Source of the DNA: an uncultured Collinsella sp.
GTDB taxonomy: Bacteria > Actinomycetota > Coriobacteriia > Coriobacteriales > Coriobacteriaceae
NCBI GenBank assembly: GCA_937950325.1
Contig: CALFDJ010000035.1
Location: 537-64,536, forward strand
Reading direction: 5' to 3'
DNA length: 64,000 bases
Part shown: in pieces, positions 10,179 to 20,647 of the stretch
Numbering within the stretch: the stretch's first letter is position 1
How the letters are laid out: the number at the start of each line of letters is the position of its first letter
Notes under the pieces: model-generated
Database searches by the model: none
Told to the model about the DNA's origin: nothing
Seen by the model: the letters and a program-made list of their open reading frames with translations, nothing else
Program-made: the position numbers and the translations under genes

Positions 10179-11597
10179 ATGGCTGATTCCCAGACTGCAA
10201 CCTCCGCGCCCGAGTTTAAGAGCGCCCACTTTATCGGTATCGGCGGCGCCGGCATGAGCGGCATCGCCCTCGTTCTGCATGAGCGCGGTTATGCCGTTAC
10301 CGGCTCCGACCTTAAGACGTCACGTTATATCCGCCAGCTTACCCGCGCTGGTGTGAAGGTACATGTGGGCCATGAGGCCGCCACGATCGACGAGGTCAAG
10401 CCCGACGTGGTTGTTGTCTCCACCGCTATTCCGGAGTCCAACCCCGAGCTCGTGCGCGCTCGCGAGCTTGGTATTCCCGTGTGGCCCCGTGCCAAGATGC
10501 TCTCTGCCTTGGGCCACGGCTACACTACCGTCGCTGTTGCCGGCACGCACGGCAAGACCACCACGTCTTCGATGTGCGCCACCATGCTCGACCGCATGGG
10601 TCTGGATCCGAGCTTCCTGATCGGTGGCATCGTCGAGGGCTATGACACGAACGGCAAGAACGGCTCGGGCGACTACTTTGTCGCCGAGGCCGACGAGTCC
10701 GACAGCTCCTTCCTGTTCCTGAACCCCAACGTGGTCATTGTGACCAACGTCGAGGCCGACCACCTCGATCACTACTCGGGTATCGAGGAGATCGAAGCGA
10801 CTTTCGCCAAATTCATGAGCCTGGTGGGCGAGGACGGCACCGTCATCGTCTGCGGTGAGGACCCGCATCTGGTCGAGCTCGCCAAGTCGACGGGCCGTCA
10901 CGTGCTTTCCTACGGCTTTGCCGAGAGCAACGACATCGTCTGCATGCACCCGGATGTCAAAGGCATCCAGAGTGACTTTATCGTTCGCTTTGAGGACGGC
11001 ACTGAGCATGCCGTGGAGATCAAGAGCAATCCCGGTCGCCACAACATGCTCAACGCCACGGCGGTGCTCACCGTCGCCCATGTCCTGGGCCTTGACATCG
11101 ACGCCGCCGCCAAGGCGCTCTCGAGCTTTGAGGGCGTCCGCCGTCGCTTTACCCACGTGGGCGATATCGATGGCATCACCGTGGTCGATGATTACGGCCA
11201 TCACCCCACCGAGATCAAGGCGACGCTTGCTGCCGCTTCGTCGCTGGGCTACAAGCATGTCGACGTCGTGTTCCAGCCGCACCGTTATTCGCGCCTGCAG
11301 GCCCTGTGCGACGACTTTGCCGATGCATTTGCCAATGCCGATAAACTGCTGCTGATTGATGTGTTCTCGGCTGGCGAGGTGCCCATTCCGGGTGTTACCT
11401 CTAAGATGCTCGCCGATACCGTGCGCGCCAAGCATCCTGGCAAGGAGGTCGTGTACTGCTCCAGCCGTCTTGAGCTCAATCAGGAGCTCGAGCAGATGGT
11501 GGGCGAGGGCGATCTGCTGCTCACTATGGGTGCCGGTGACGTTACGACCGTCGGTCCCGAGTTCATTGAGTATCTGACTGCCAAGAAAGACGCTTAA
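10179..11597 (+). CDS. murC: UDP-N-acetylmuramate--L-alanine ligase
   Basis: HFIGIGGAGMSGIA and AGTHGKTTTSS motifs. The start may instead be GTG 10152. Confidence 0.92.
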   Translation: MADSQTATSAPEFKSAHFIGIGGAGMSGIALVLHERGYAVTGSDLKTSRYIRQLTRAGVKVHVGHEAATIDEVKPDVVVVSTAIPESNPELVRARELGIPVWPRAKMLSALGHGYTTVAVAGTHGKTTTSSMCATMLDRMGLDPSFLIGGIVEGYDTNGKNGSGDYFVAEADESDSSFLFLNPNVVIVTNVEADHLDHYSGIEEIEATFAKFMSLVGEDGTVIVCGEDPHLVELAKSTGRHVLSYGFAESNDIVCMHPDVKGIQSDFIVRFEDGTEHAVEIKSNPGRHNMLNATAVLTVAHVLGLDIDAAAKALSSFEGVRRRFTHVGDIDGITVVDDYGHHPTEIKATLAAASSLGYKHVDVVFQPHRYSRLQALCDDFADAFANADKLLLIDVFSAGEVPIPGVTSKMLADTVRAKHPGKEVVYCSSRLELNQELEQMVGEGDLLLTMGAGDVTTVGPEFIEYLTAKKDA

Positions 11598-11602
11598 GTC
11601 TA

Positions 11603-12514
11603 ATGGGTCTGTTTAACGCCGTCATGGCGCTCTCGGGCATGATCGACACGGATGTGATCGAGGACGAGCGCCTTGCGCGTCATACGAGCTATCGTATCGG
11701 CGGCAAGGCCGACCTCTTTGTGACGTGCCATAGCTATCATGCCCTCCGCCGCGCCGTGGCGGTGCTCGATCGCGAGCAGGTGCCGTGGGTCATCATCGGC
11801 AAGGGCTCCAATCTGCTGGTTGCCGATGGCGGTTATCGCGGCGCCGTCATTTCGCTCGGACGTGAGTTTCAGCGCACGGTTGTTGCCGATGACGGTTGTA
11901 CGCTGACGGTCGGTGCGGGCGTGATGTTTGCGCGCCTGGTCAACGATGCCCTGTCGCGTAGCCTCTCGGGCCTTGAGTTTGCCGTTGGCATCCCTGGCTC
12001 GGTTGGCGGTGCGATATCTATGAATGCCGGCACACGGACCGAGTGGATTGGCTCGCTGGTTGAGGATGTCGTAACGTTTGACCCGGCATCCGGTATCAAG
12101 CATTATGCGGGGTCCGAGATCACTTGGGGCTACCGCGAATGTAGCCTTCCCCGCAATGAGATTATCCTCGAGTGCGTGCTCAAGCTTAAACCGGCGCCCA
12201 AGGCCGACATTCGCGAGCGCATGGAGCGGTACCTGACGAGGCGCAAGCGTACGCAGCCCATGGGTCGCGCATCCTGCGGGTCGGTCTTTCGCAACCCGCC
12301 CGATGCGAGTGTGGGCAAGCTTATCGAGGATTGTGGATTAAAGGGTTTTTCGATTGGCGGCGCGGAAGTTTCGCCCGTTCACGCTAATTTTATCGTTAAT
12401 AACGGAACCGCCTCGGCCGATGACGTTGCCGCGGTTATCAGACATGTGCACGGAAAGGTGAGGGAGGCGTATGGCATCGAGCTCAGACCGGAAGTTAAAT
12501 TCCTCGGCTTCTAG
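11603..12514 (+). CDS. murB: UDP-N-acetylenolpyruvoylglucosamine reductase
   Basis: 303 aa; FAD-binding IIGKGSNLLVAD and catalytic-region SCGSVFRNP. Confidence 0.92.
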   Translation: MGLFNAVMALSGMIDTDVIEDERLARHTSYRIGGKADLFVTCHSYHALRRAVAVLDREQVPWVIIGKGSNLLVADGGYRGAVISLGREFQRTVVADDGCTLTVGAGVMFARLVNDALSRSLSGLEFAVGIPGSVGGAISMNAGTRTEWIGSLVEDVVTFDPASGIKHYAGSEITWGYRECSLPRNEIILECVLKLKPAPKADIRERMERYLTRRKRTQPMGRASCGSVFRNPPDASVGKLIEDCGLKGFSIGGAEVSPVHANFIVNNGTASADDVAAVIRHVHGKVREAYGIELRPEVKFLGF

Positions 12515-13727
12515 AGCATCGAAACCCACCTTCCGCCGCGCCGGAGGGCGTTCCGGCGCGCCTGCCAAACCTCAACGCAATACCGTCGCGCACTCTAAGT
12601 CTGTCGGGCATGCTCGACAGACCAGTCGTCCGGTCGTCGGCTCTCAGCTCGGTAATCGTCCGGCCGCAAAAAAGTCCTCGCGTCCCTCGGTGACGTCAAA
12701 GCCTGTTATGGGCGCCAAGCCTGCCCGTCCCATGGCAACTCCTAAGCCCTCGACGGGAACTAAGGCGGCGCGTCCGGGTCGCACGCTGGGCGCATCGAAA
12801 CCGCGCTCGCTGACATCGGTGCCGGCTACCGCCAAGAAGCCTTCGGGTAAAAAAGGCGTCAACCCGTTGTCTTCACTTGGGGCGATGGCAAATAAAACGT
12901 CAGACGCCGCTTCTCTCGTTACAGGCAAAGGCAAAATCGTGGGCGGCGTTCTGGCCGTCTTGGCCGCGCTCGTCGTCGTTGCCGTCGTGGTGATCAACTC
13001 TGGATTGTTTACCGCCACTGATATTCAGATTCAAGGCAGCGAGCATGTGACGAAGCACGATGCTATCCAGCTGATCGATTTGCCCGAGGGAACGTCGCTT
13101 TTTAACGTCGATCCCGACCAGATTACCGAGGACCTCAAGCAGAACCCGTGGGTCTCGGGCGTGGATGTCCAGCGCCAGTTCCCGCATACGCTCATCATTA
13201 CGCCTATGGAGCGCAAGGTCATCGCAATTGCCTATATCAGCTCCGATGACCTTGCCTGGGCCATCGGGGATGATGACACCTGGATCGCCCCGCTGTCGAC
13301 GTCGGTCGAAGTGGATGGCCAGGGCAACGTCATCACGACAGGGCAGGGCTCAAATACCCTGACCGGCATTGATGCCGCGCTGGCGCTCGCTAAGCACTAT
13401 GGCGCGGTGTTGTTGACTGATGTCTCGGCGGATGTCGCTCCGGTTTCCGGCCAGGCGGTGAGCTCCAAGGCCGTTAAGGCTGGCTTGGATTATGTGCGTG
13501 GTTTTTCGAGCGAGTTCTTGGGACAAGTCAAGGATATTTCCACGCCTTCGGTCGAAGCCATCTCGGCAAACCTCAATAACGGCATTGAGGTGTCGCTGGG
13601 CGATTCGAACGATATCGTCAAGAAGGAGCGCGTAGTCACCAAGCTGCTTTCGCAGGTAGAGGGCGTAACGTATATCAATGTGCGCTCTCCGGGTAACTAT
13701 ACATTTAGGAACGCTCCGACCTCGTAG
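12471..13727 (+). CDS. ftsQ: Cell division protein FtsQ (POTRA domain) with a long basic N-terminal tail
   Basis: 418 aa; AGGGAGG SD 5 nt before ATG 12471, which lies 44 nt inside the murB 3' end; about 160-aa Lys/Pro/Ser/Ala-rich tail, then a TM helix, then a POTRA-like segment (IQIQGSEHVT...NPWVSGVDVQRQFPHTLIITPMER). Confidence 0.85.
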   Translation: MASSSDRKLNSSASRASKPTFRRAGGRSGAPAKPQRNTVAHSKSVGHARQTSRPVVGSQLGNRPAAKKSSRPSVTSKPVMGAKPARPMATPKPSTGTKAARPGRTLGASKPRSLTSVPATAKKPSGKKGVNPLSSLGAMANKTSDAASLVTGKGKIVGGVLAVLAALVVVAVVVINSGLFTATDIQIQGSEHVTKHDAIQLIDLPEGTSLFNVDPDQITEDLKQNPWVSGVDVQRQFPHTLIITPMERKVIAIAYISSDDLAWAIGDDDTWIAPLSTSVEVDGQGNVITTGQGSNTLTGIDAALALAKHYGAVLLTDVSADVAPVSGQAVSSKAVKAGLDYVRGFSSEFLGQVKDISTPSVEAISANLNNGIEVSLGDSNDIVKKERVVTKLLSQVEGVTYINVRSPGNYTFRNAPTS

Positions 13728-13926
13728 CGCTGGTTGATGCTTTGTTGAGGGGCCATACCACGCCGTTTATCTGGTTTGTTTGGTTTTCACGGTCAATTAT
13801 TTGACTGATACGTTCATAATGTGCAAACATAATACGGTTTACCTTTGCATTTACTTTCAACCTGAAGGTTAATGTGCGCAGGGGTCGACCCATGCTATGG
13901 CTATAACCTTTGTTCGGAGGACCGAC

Positions 13927-15081
13927 ATGCACGAGACAGAGATCAACAACTACCTTGCCGTCATTAAGGTGGTCGGCGTCGGCGGCGGCGGTACCAACGC
14001 GGTCAATCGAATGATCGAAGAGGGCATCCGCGGCGTCGAGTTTGTTGCCATCAACACCGATGCTCAGGCACTCGCGATCTCTGATGCCGATATCAAGGTG
14101 CACATCGGCACCGACCTTACCCGCGGCCTGGGCGCCGGCGCCAACCCCGAGGTTGGCCGCAAGGCTGCCGATGAGTCCCGCGACGACATTGAGGAGGCGC
14201 TCGCTGGCGCCGACATGGTGTTCATCACCTGCGGCGAGGGCGGTGGCACCGGTACCGGCGCTGCTCCCATCGTTGCCGATATCGCGATGAACGAGGTCGG
14301 TGCGCTGACCGTCGCCGTCGTGACCAAGCCCTTCACCTTCGAGGGCCGCAAGCGCAAGAAGAGCGCCGAGGAGGGCATTAAGACCCTCTCCGATTGCGTC
14401 GACACCATGATCGTCATCCCTAACGATAAGCTGCTCGACATCGCCGAGAAGAAGACCACCATGCTCGAGGCCTTCGCGATTGCCGATGGCGTCCTTTCCC
14501 AGGGCACCCAGGGCATCACGGACCTCATCACCGTCCCCGGTATCATCAACCTGGACTTCGCCGATGTTAAGACCATCATGAAGCAGGCCGGTACCGCCAT
14601 GATGGGTATCGGTACCTCTTCTGGGGATACCCGTGCCGTCGACGCTGCCCAGCAGGCCATCTCCAGCCCGCTGCTCGAGAGCTCCATCGATGGTGCCACG
14701 CGCGTGCTGCTCTCCATCGCCGGTTCCAAGGACCTGGGCATCCAGGAGATCAGCGACGCCGCCGACGTTGTCGCCAACGCCGTCGACCCCGAGGCCAACA
14801 TCATCTTCGGTACCGTTGTCGACGAGTCCCTGGGCGATCAGGTGCGTATCACCGTCATCGCTACGGGCTTCTCCGACTCCAACGTCAACCGTCAGGACGA
14901 GCTCTTTGCTGCTCAGCAGTCTCAGAGCAAGGCCGCTGCCTCCGCTGAGCCGCAGCGCACCGCTCCTGCCACGAGCCCGGCTCAGGCCGCTCCGACCCGC
15001 AACGTCGGTGGCACCGAGCTTCCTAACTTCGGCAACGATCAGTTCGAGCTTCCCGACTTCCTGAAGCGCGGTAGCTTCTAA
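13927..15081 (+). CDS. ftsZ: Cell division GTPase FtsZ
   Basis: [10 protein letters not shown] and [10 protein letters not shown] tubulin signature; C-terminal DFLKRGSF peptide; GGAGG SD before ATG 13927. Confidence 0.97.
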   Translation: MHETEINNYLAVIKVVGVGGGGTNAVNRMIEEGIRGVEFVAINTDAQALAISDADIKVHIGTDLTRGLGAGANPEVGRKAADESRDDIEEALAGADMVFITCGEGGGTGTGAAPIVADIAMNEVGALTVAVVTKPFTFEGRKRKKSAEEGIKTLSDCVDTMIVIPNDKLLDIAEKKTTMLEAFAIADGVLSQGTQGITDLITVPGIINLDFADVKTIMKQAGTAMMGIGTSSGDTRAVDAAQQAISSPLLESSIDGATRVLLSIAGSKDLGIQEISDAADVVANAVDPEANIIFGTVVDESLGDQVRITVIATGFSDSNVNRQDELFAAQQSQSKAAASAEPQRTAPATSPAQAAPTRNVGGTELPNFGNDQFELPDFLKRGSF

Positions 15082-15106
15082 GTCGTTCTTTGCATTGTTG
15101 TGCACA

Positions 15107-15140
15107 GGGGCGTGTCCGTATGGACGCGCCCTTTTTATTT
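15107..15140 (+). terminator. Intrinsic terminator after ftsZ
   Basis: 10-bp GC-rich stem GGGCGTGTCC / GGACGCGCCC (one G-U pair), 4-nt loop, then TTTTT. Confidence 0.7.
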
Positions 15141-15169
15141 CGACTTTGTAAACTAGAACCTCCAATCTC

Positions 15170-15186
15170 TTTACGTTCCCTTTACG
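15170..15186 (+). promoter_or_regulatory. Putative PHO-box-like direct repeats TTTACG-N5-TTTACG
   Basis: Two identical hexamers with an 11-nt period at 15170 and 15181. They lie about 105 nt upstream of pgeF-pstSCAB-phoU, directly after the ftsZ terminator. Confidence 0.3.
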
Positions 15187-15291
15187 ATTGCCTCCAGCGC
15201 AGCAGGTATCCTTTTAGAGAAGTATGACAGCCGTATAAACGCGGGCTGTAGCGGCGATGCCGCGGTACTTGTGTTATTAGGAGGCTTTAGT

Positions 15292-16092
15292 ATGGCAGCA
15301 CGTGCGGACAAAGTTTCGCGTGTCGACCATGATGGAGTTACGTTGGTGGAGGGCGCGACATCCGATGTTCGCTTTGCTTTCACCGAGCGCGCCGGTGGCG
15401 TTTCCGAAGATGCGTACTCCTCACTCAACTTGGGCTCGCATGTTGGCGATGACCCCTTTGCTGTTCAAGAAAATCGTTGTCGTGCGCTCGAGGCTATGGG
15501 TGCCGCCGAGTGCGAGCACAACCTGCTCGTTCCCAATCAGGTCCATGGTGATCATATCGTTGCGGTGACCTCGAACGGCGCCGATGACCTTGAGGACGTT
15601 CGCGAGCAGATTGCCGAGGCCTGTGATGCCATCGTCTGCACGGCGCATAACGTGCCCGTGCTGCTCTGCTTTGCCGACTGCGTTCCCGTGGTGCTGGTGG
15701 CCCCCGGCGGATTTGCCGTGGTGCACTCCGGTTGGAAGGGCACGATTGCACGTATTTCCGCCAAGGCGTGCCAGGCGCTTTGCGATGCTGCCGGTTGCGA
15801 TGCGAGCGACGTTTCCGCCTATATCGGCCCCCATATCTTGGGTGACGAATATGAGGTATCCCAGGAACTCATGGATCGCTTTGCCGCCGAGTTCTCTTGC
15901 ATCGATGCGAATACCTCTCGCATGCTTGATCTTTCCGCTGCCATTCGCGAGGCGCTGGTAGATGTCGGTGTCGACGCGGATAATATCGTGGATACCCAGC
16001 TTTCGACCGTGCGTCAGAACGACCGCTTTTATTCCTACCGTAACGAGGACGGCACCTGTGGGCGCCATGCTGCGATCGGCGTGATGCTATGA
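15292..16092 (+). CDS. pgeF: YfiH/PgeF (DUF152, laccase-domain) peptidoglycan editing factor / purine nucleoside phosphorylase family
   Basis: AGGAGG SD before ATG 15292; family motifs (VHGDHIV, ADCVPVVL, VVHSGWKGT, RFYSYR); conserved position after ftsZ. Confidence 0.85.
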   Translation: MAARADKVSRVDHDGVTLVEGATSDVRFAFTERAGGVSEDAYSSLNLGSHVGDDPFAVQENRCRALEAMGAAECEHNLLVPNQVHGDHIVAVTSNGADDLEDVREQIAEACDAIVCTAHNVPVLLCFADCVPVVLVAPGGFAVVHSGWKGTIARISAKACQALCDAAGCDASDVSAYIGPHILGDEYEVSQELMDRFAAEFSCIDANTSRMLDLSAAIREALVDVGVDADNIVDTQLSTVRQNDRFYSYRNEDGTCGRHAAIGVML

Positions 16093-16925
16093 GAAAGATC
16101 GTATCGGTCCTGAGCGCCGCTGTGCTTACGCTTACGCTGTGCGCCTGTTCTTCGGGATCTTCTACCTCTTCCATTACCGTTGCCGGCTCCACGACCTGCC
16201 TTCCTATCGCCGAGATTGCGGCCGAGGGCTTTAAGGAGGAGACCGGCATCGACGTGCTCGTTTCCGGTTTGGGTTCTTCCGCTGGGATCGAGGCCGTCAG
16301 CGCCGGCACGGCCGATATCGCCAGCTCCTCCCGTGGACTCAATGCCGACGAACAGGATCTGGGCCTGACTCCCATCGTCATTGCCCACGACGGTATTGCG
16401 GTCATCGTGAACGACGACAACCCCGTCGATAACCTCTCGACCGAGCAGCTCCGCGATATCTACGCCGGCAAGATTACCAATTGGAAAGAGGTCGGTGGCG
16501 AGGACCTGAGGATTCAGGTCATCAACCGAGACGAGGCGTCCGGTACGCGCGAGGCCTTCCGTACCATCGTGATGGATGGCACGCCGTTCGATCGCCGCTC
16601 GGCTGTTCTTTCGGGTACGGGCCAGGTGCGCGACGTGGTATCTCGTTCGCGTGGGGCCATCGGCTACATTTCGCTGGGCTTCGTCGATAGCCTCAACGCC
16701 AAGACCTCGGTCAAGGCTGTCTCGGTCAATCATGTTGAGGCGTCCGAGAAGACGGTCGCGAGTGGCGGCTATCCCATCTCGCGCGACCTTTACTTCTTTG
16801 TGAAGGGTGCGCCTTCGCAGCAGGCGCAGGATTACATCGACTACGTGACGTCCGAAAAGATGGACAAGCAGATTCGCGAGGCGGGCTTTATTCCCGTCAC
16901 CAACGACGAGAAGGGGAGTGAGTAG
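16089..16925 (+). CDS. pstS: Phosphate ABC transporter substrate-binding protein PstS
   Basis: 278 aa; signal peptide with Cys (LTLCACSSG); PstS-family core (GSSAGIEAV, GAIGYISLGF); its ATG overlaps the pgeF stop (ATGA). Confidence 0.9.
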   Translation: MRKIVSVLSAAVLTLTLCACSSGSSTSSITVAGSTTCLPIAEIAAEGFKEETGIDVLVSGLGSSAGIEAVSAGTADIASSSRGLNADEQDLGLTPIVIAHDGIAVIVNDDNPVDNLSTEQLRDIYAGKITNWKEVGGEDLRIQVINRDEASGTREAFRTIVMDGTPFDRRSAVLSGTGQVRDVVSRSRGAIGYISLGFVDSLNAKTSVKAVSVNHVEASEKTVASGGYPISRDLYFFVKGAPSQQAQDYIDYVTSEKMDKQIREAGFIPVTNDEKGSE

Positions 16926-16926
16926 C

Positions 16927-17853
16927 ATGGAAGCACAGGAAAACTCCCAGACTGAGCAGAATGCTCAGGCACCCAAGAAGCGCGAGCTGGCGCTCGTATC
17001 GCGCAGTACCTATATCAAGGAGAAGGCGCTGCAGTGGATCTTCTTTGCCTGCGCGTTTTTGGCGGTCGTTACCGTCATCCTGATTTTTGTCTTTACCACG
17101 TACTCGGCGCTGCCCGTCTTTACCGACATCGGTCTGGCGGACTTCTTTAGCTTTACGTGGGCGCCCTCTGAGGGCCACTACGGCATCATGTCGCTGCTTG
17201 CCGGCTCAGGTCTGGTGACCGTCGGTGCGCTCGCCATGGGCGTGCCGCTAGGTGTGGGCACGGCCGTGTACCTGGTCGAGATCGCCGGCAAGCGCGTGCG
17301 CAAGCTCATCAGCCCTGCCGTCGACCTGCTGGCCGGCATCCCTTCTATCATCTACGGCTTTTTCGGCATGATCATCATCCGCCCGTTTATCGCACAACTG
17401 ACCGGCGGCCTTGGTTTTGGTGCGCTGACGGCGTGGTTTGTGCTCGCCATCATGATCGTCCCTACCATCACCACGCTCACCATCGATGCCCTCAATTCCA
17501 TTCCCATGGGCATTCGCGAGGCATCGTATGCCATGGGTGCTACTAAGTGGCAGACCATCTATAAGGTCGTGCTACCTGCCGCTAAGCTGGGTATCGTGGA
17601 TGCCATCGTGCTGGGTATGGGCCGTGCCATCGGAGAGACCATGGCCGTGCTCATGGTCGTGGGTAACGCCCCGGTTATTCCCGACAGCATTGCGAGCCCT
17701 ATCTCGACGCTCACGAGCCAGATCGCGCTCGACATGAGCTATTCCTCGGGTCTGCATCGCTCGGCGCTGTTCGGCATGGGCGTGGTCCTGTTTATCATCT
17801 CCGCCACGCTGGTGGGCATCGTCCGTCTGATTTCCAAGAAGAAGAGGGGGTAG
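16927..17853 (+). CDS. pstC: Phosphate ABC transporter permease PstC
   Basis: Polytopic; EAA-type loop (REASYAMGATKWQTIYKVVLP). ATG 16927 has an AAGGGGAG SD; the track start at GTG 16918 is also possible. Confidence 0.9.
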   Translation: MEAQENSQTEQNAQAPKKRELALVSRSTYIKEKALQWIFFACAFLAVVTVILIFVFTTYSALPVFTDIGLADFFSFTWAPSEGHYGIMSLLAGSGLVTVGALAMGVPLGVGTAVYLVEIAGKRVRKLISPAVDLLAGIPSIIYGFFGMIIIRPFIAQLTGGLGFGALTAWFVLAIMIVPTITTLTIDALNSIPMGIREASYAMGATKWQTIYKVVLPAAKLGIVDAIVLGMGRAIGETMAVLMVVGNAPVIPDSIASPISTLTSQIALDMSYSSGLHRSALFGMGVVLFIISATLVGIVRLISKKKRG

Positions 17854-17856
17854 GCT

Positions 17857-18762
17857 ATGTCCGATTCCGTTGACACGACGGTCGATACGACCTCGTCGCG
17901 CGAGCGCATCAAGCGTGCCCTTTCCCACGGCAAGAAGGGCCGCATCAACAAGGACCTGTCCAACAAGATCATGCTTGGCGTGTTTCGTGCCGCTGCCTAC
18001 ATCACCACGCTGGTGCTGGTCGCTATCATCGCCTACGTGGTCATCAACGGCCTGCCACATATCTCGCTCGACTTTATCTTCGGTTGGCCCCAAGGCGTCA
18101 ACGCCGAGGGCGGAATTTGGCCCACGATCGTCTCGACCGTCTACGTGACGGCGCTCGCCATGCTTATCTGCACGCCGATCGCTGTGCTGGCAGCCGTCTA
18201 TCTGGCCGAGTACGCCAAGCAGGGCAAGGTCGTCGAGCTCATTCGCTACGCTGCTGACGCTTTGGCCTCGGTGCCCTCCATCGTTATGGGCCTGTTTGGC
18301 TACGCCTTGTTTGTCGAGGCCATGGGCCTGGGCCTTTCGATGGTCTCGGCCGCCCTGGCACTCGCGCTCTTGATGCTTCCCATCGTCATGCGTACCACCG
18401 AAGAGGCCATTCGCGCCGTTCCGCGCTATATCCGCTGGGGCGCATATGGCCTGGGCGCCACCAAGTGGCAGGTTGTCTCCAAGATCGTGCTTCCTTCTGC
18501 CTTTGGCCGTATTGCCACGGGCATCGTTCTCGCCATCGGCCGTGCCATCGGCGAGACCGCGGTGGTGCTCTATACCATGGGGCAGGCCATCAATCTACCT
18601 ATTTCGCCGCTCGATTCCGGCCGCCCCATGACGGTTCACCTGTATCTGCTTGCCAACGACGGCATCAACATGAACGCAGCCTACGGCACCGCGCTCTTGC
18701 TGATGGTGATCATTCTGGCCTTCAACCTGTTTGCGCGCTTCCTGTCGCGCAAGCGTCGCTAG
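17857..18762 (+). CDS. pstA: Phosphate ABC transporter permease PstA
   Basis: 301 aa, polytopic; GAYGLGATKWQVVSKIVLP loop; position after pstC. Confidence 0.9.
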   Translation: MSDSVDTTVDTTSSRERIKRALSHGKKGRINKDLSNKIMLGVFRAAAYITTLVLVAIIAYVVINGLPHISLDFIFGWPQGVNAEGGIWPTIVSTVYVTALAMLICTPIAVLAAVYLAEYAKQGKVVELIRYAADALASVPSIVMGLFGYALFVEAMGLGLSMVSAALALALLMLPIVMRTTEEAIRAVPRYIRWGAYGLGATKWQVVSKIVLPSAFGRIATGIVLAIGRAIGETAVVLYTMGQAINLPISPLDSGRPMTVHLYLLANDGINMNAAYGTALLLMVIILAFNLFARFLSRKRR

Positions 18763-18774
18763 TTAAGGAGTCCC

Positions 18775-19578
<804 letters not shown>

Positions 19579-19670
19579 TCGGTGCGACTAGTCCCAAGCC
19601 GATCGGATCTGGTCCGGTGCGTATTCACTGTGCGGGCGGCATGACCGCACCCAACTGATTGGAGTGAACC

Positions 19671-20528
19671 ATGCGCAAACTGTTTTCCCGTCAGCTCATC
19701 GAGGCCCGTCACGAGATGCTGAGCATCTACGAGGCCGTCGATCTGGCCCTCCACGATGCCGTGAAGGCCTATGTGACCGACGACCACAAGCTCGCCACCA
19801 AGACCAAGAAGCGCACGCTTTCGATTGACGCACGCTGCGCCAACCTGGAGGCCGTCTGCTACAACCTGATTGCCACGCAGTCGCCGGTCGCCTCCGACTT
19901 CCGCTTGCTGCAGACGATCATCTACGTCGACTTTAACCTGCAGCGCATGACCGATAAGGTTCGCCAGATTTGCCGCGCCACGCGTCATATGATCAAGGCC
20001 GACATCTCGCTGCCCAAGGAGCTTGTCGGCACGGTCGAGGCCGAGGCTGAGGCCGTCTACCAGGTGCTGGGCTCTTCGCTTTCTGCGCTCGTCACCAACG
20101 ACATGTCCATCATCTGCAACTTGGCCGTCGAGGACGAGCCAGTGCACGCCGCCTACGAGAAGTTCTTCCGCACCTTTAACCGCATGGACACGGGCGATTT
20201 TATGGACGACGACAGCAACTATGACGACCTGCGCCGCGCCATCATGGTATCGCGCTATCTCGATCGCATCGCCTCGATTTCCATCGATGCCGCCTGCCGT
20301 CTGACCTTCCTGTTGACCGGACAGCGTATGACTGCCGGTGATATCGCCTGCACTGATGAGGATGAGCTCGAGAGCATGCGCGTGCCTTCGGGCGAGGGTG
20401 TTATCATGAGGCCCGCCGTCGATGCACGCTACGTTGCCAAGGTGCCCGTTAACGAGGTCAGCGAGGGTCTTCGCTACCTGCTCGATCATCTTGAGGATGA
20501 GGACGATGGCGAGGACGACGAGGAGTAA
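19671..20528 (+). CDS. phoU: PhoU-family phosphate signalling / transport accessory protein, long form with an acidic tail
   Basis: 285 aa; PhoU-like helical repeats directly after pstB; C-terminal HLEDEDDGEDDEE. Confidence 0.7.
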   Translation: MRKLFSRQLIEARHEMLSIYEAVDLALHDAVKAYVTDDHKLATKTKKRTLSIDARCANLEAVCYNLIATQSPVASDFRLLQTIIYVDFNLQRMTDKVRQICRATRHMIKADISLPKELVGTVEAEAEAVYQVLGSSLSALVTNDMSIICNLAVEDEPVHAAYEKFFRTFNRMDTGDFMDDDSNYDDLRRAIMVSRYLDRIASISIDAACRLTFLLTGQRMTAGDIACTDEDELESMRVPSGEGVIMRPAVDARYVAKVPVNEVSEGLRYLLDHLEDEDDGEDDEE

Positions 20529-20565
20529 GTAACCCCGTTCGTCGAAAGATTGTAAATACCTAAGT

Positions 20566-20597
20566 GAGCGCGGCCTTGCACATGCGGGGCCGCGCTC
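20566..20597 (+). terminator. Hairpin terminator after phoU
   Basis: Perfect 10-bp stem GAGCGCGGCC / GGCCGCGCTC with a 12-nt loop and a weak T-tail (TTGCGTT). Confidence 0.5.
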
Positions 20598-20647
20598 TTG
20601 CGTTAGCATGGGACTACTTGTTTGGCTGTCAGCGGAGGCGATTGGCA

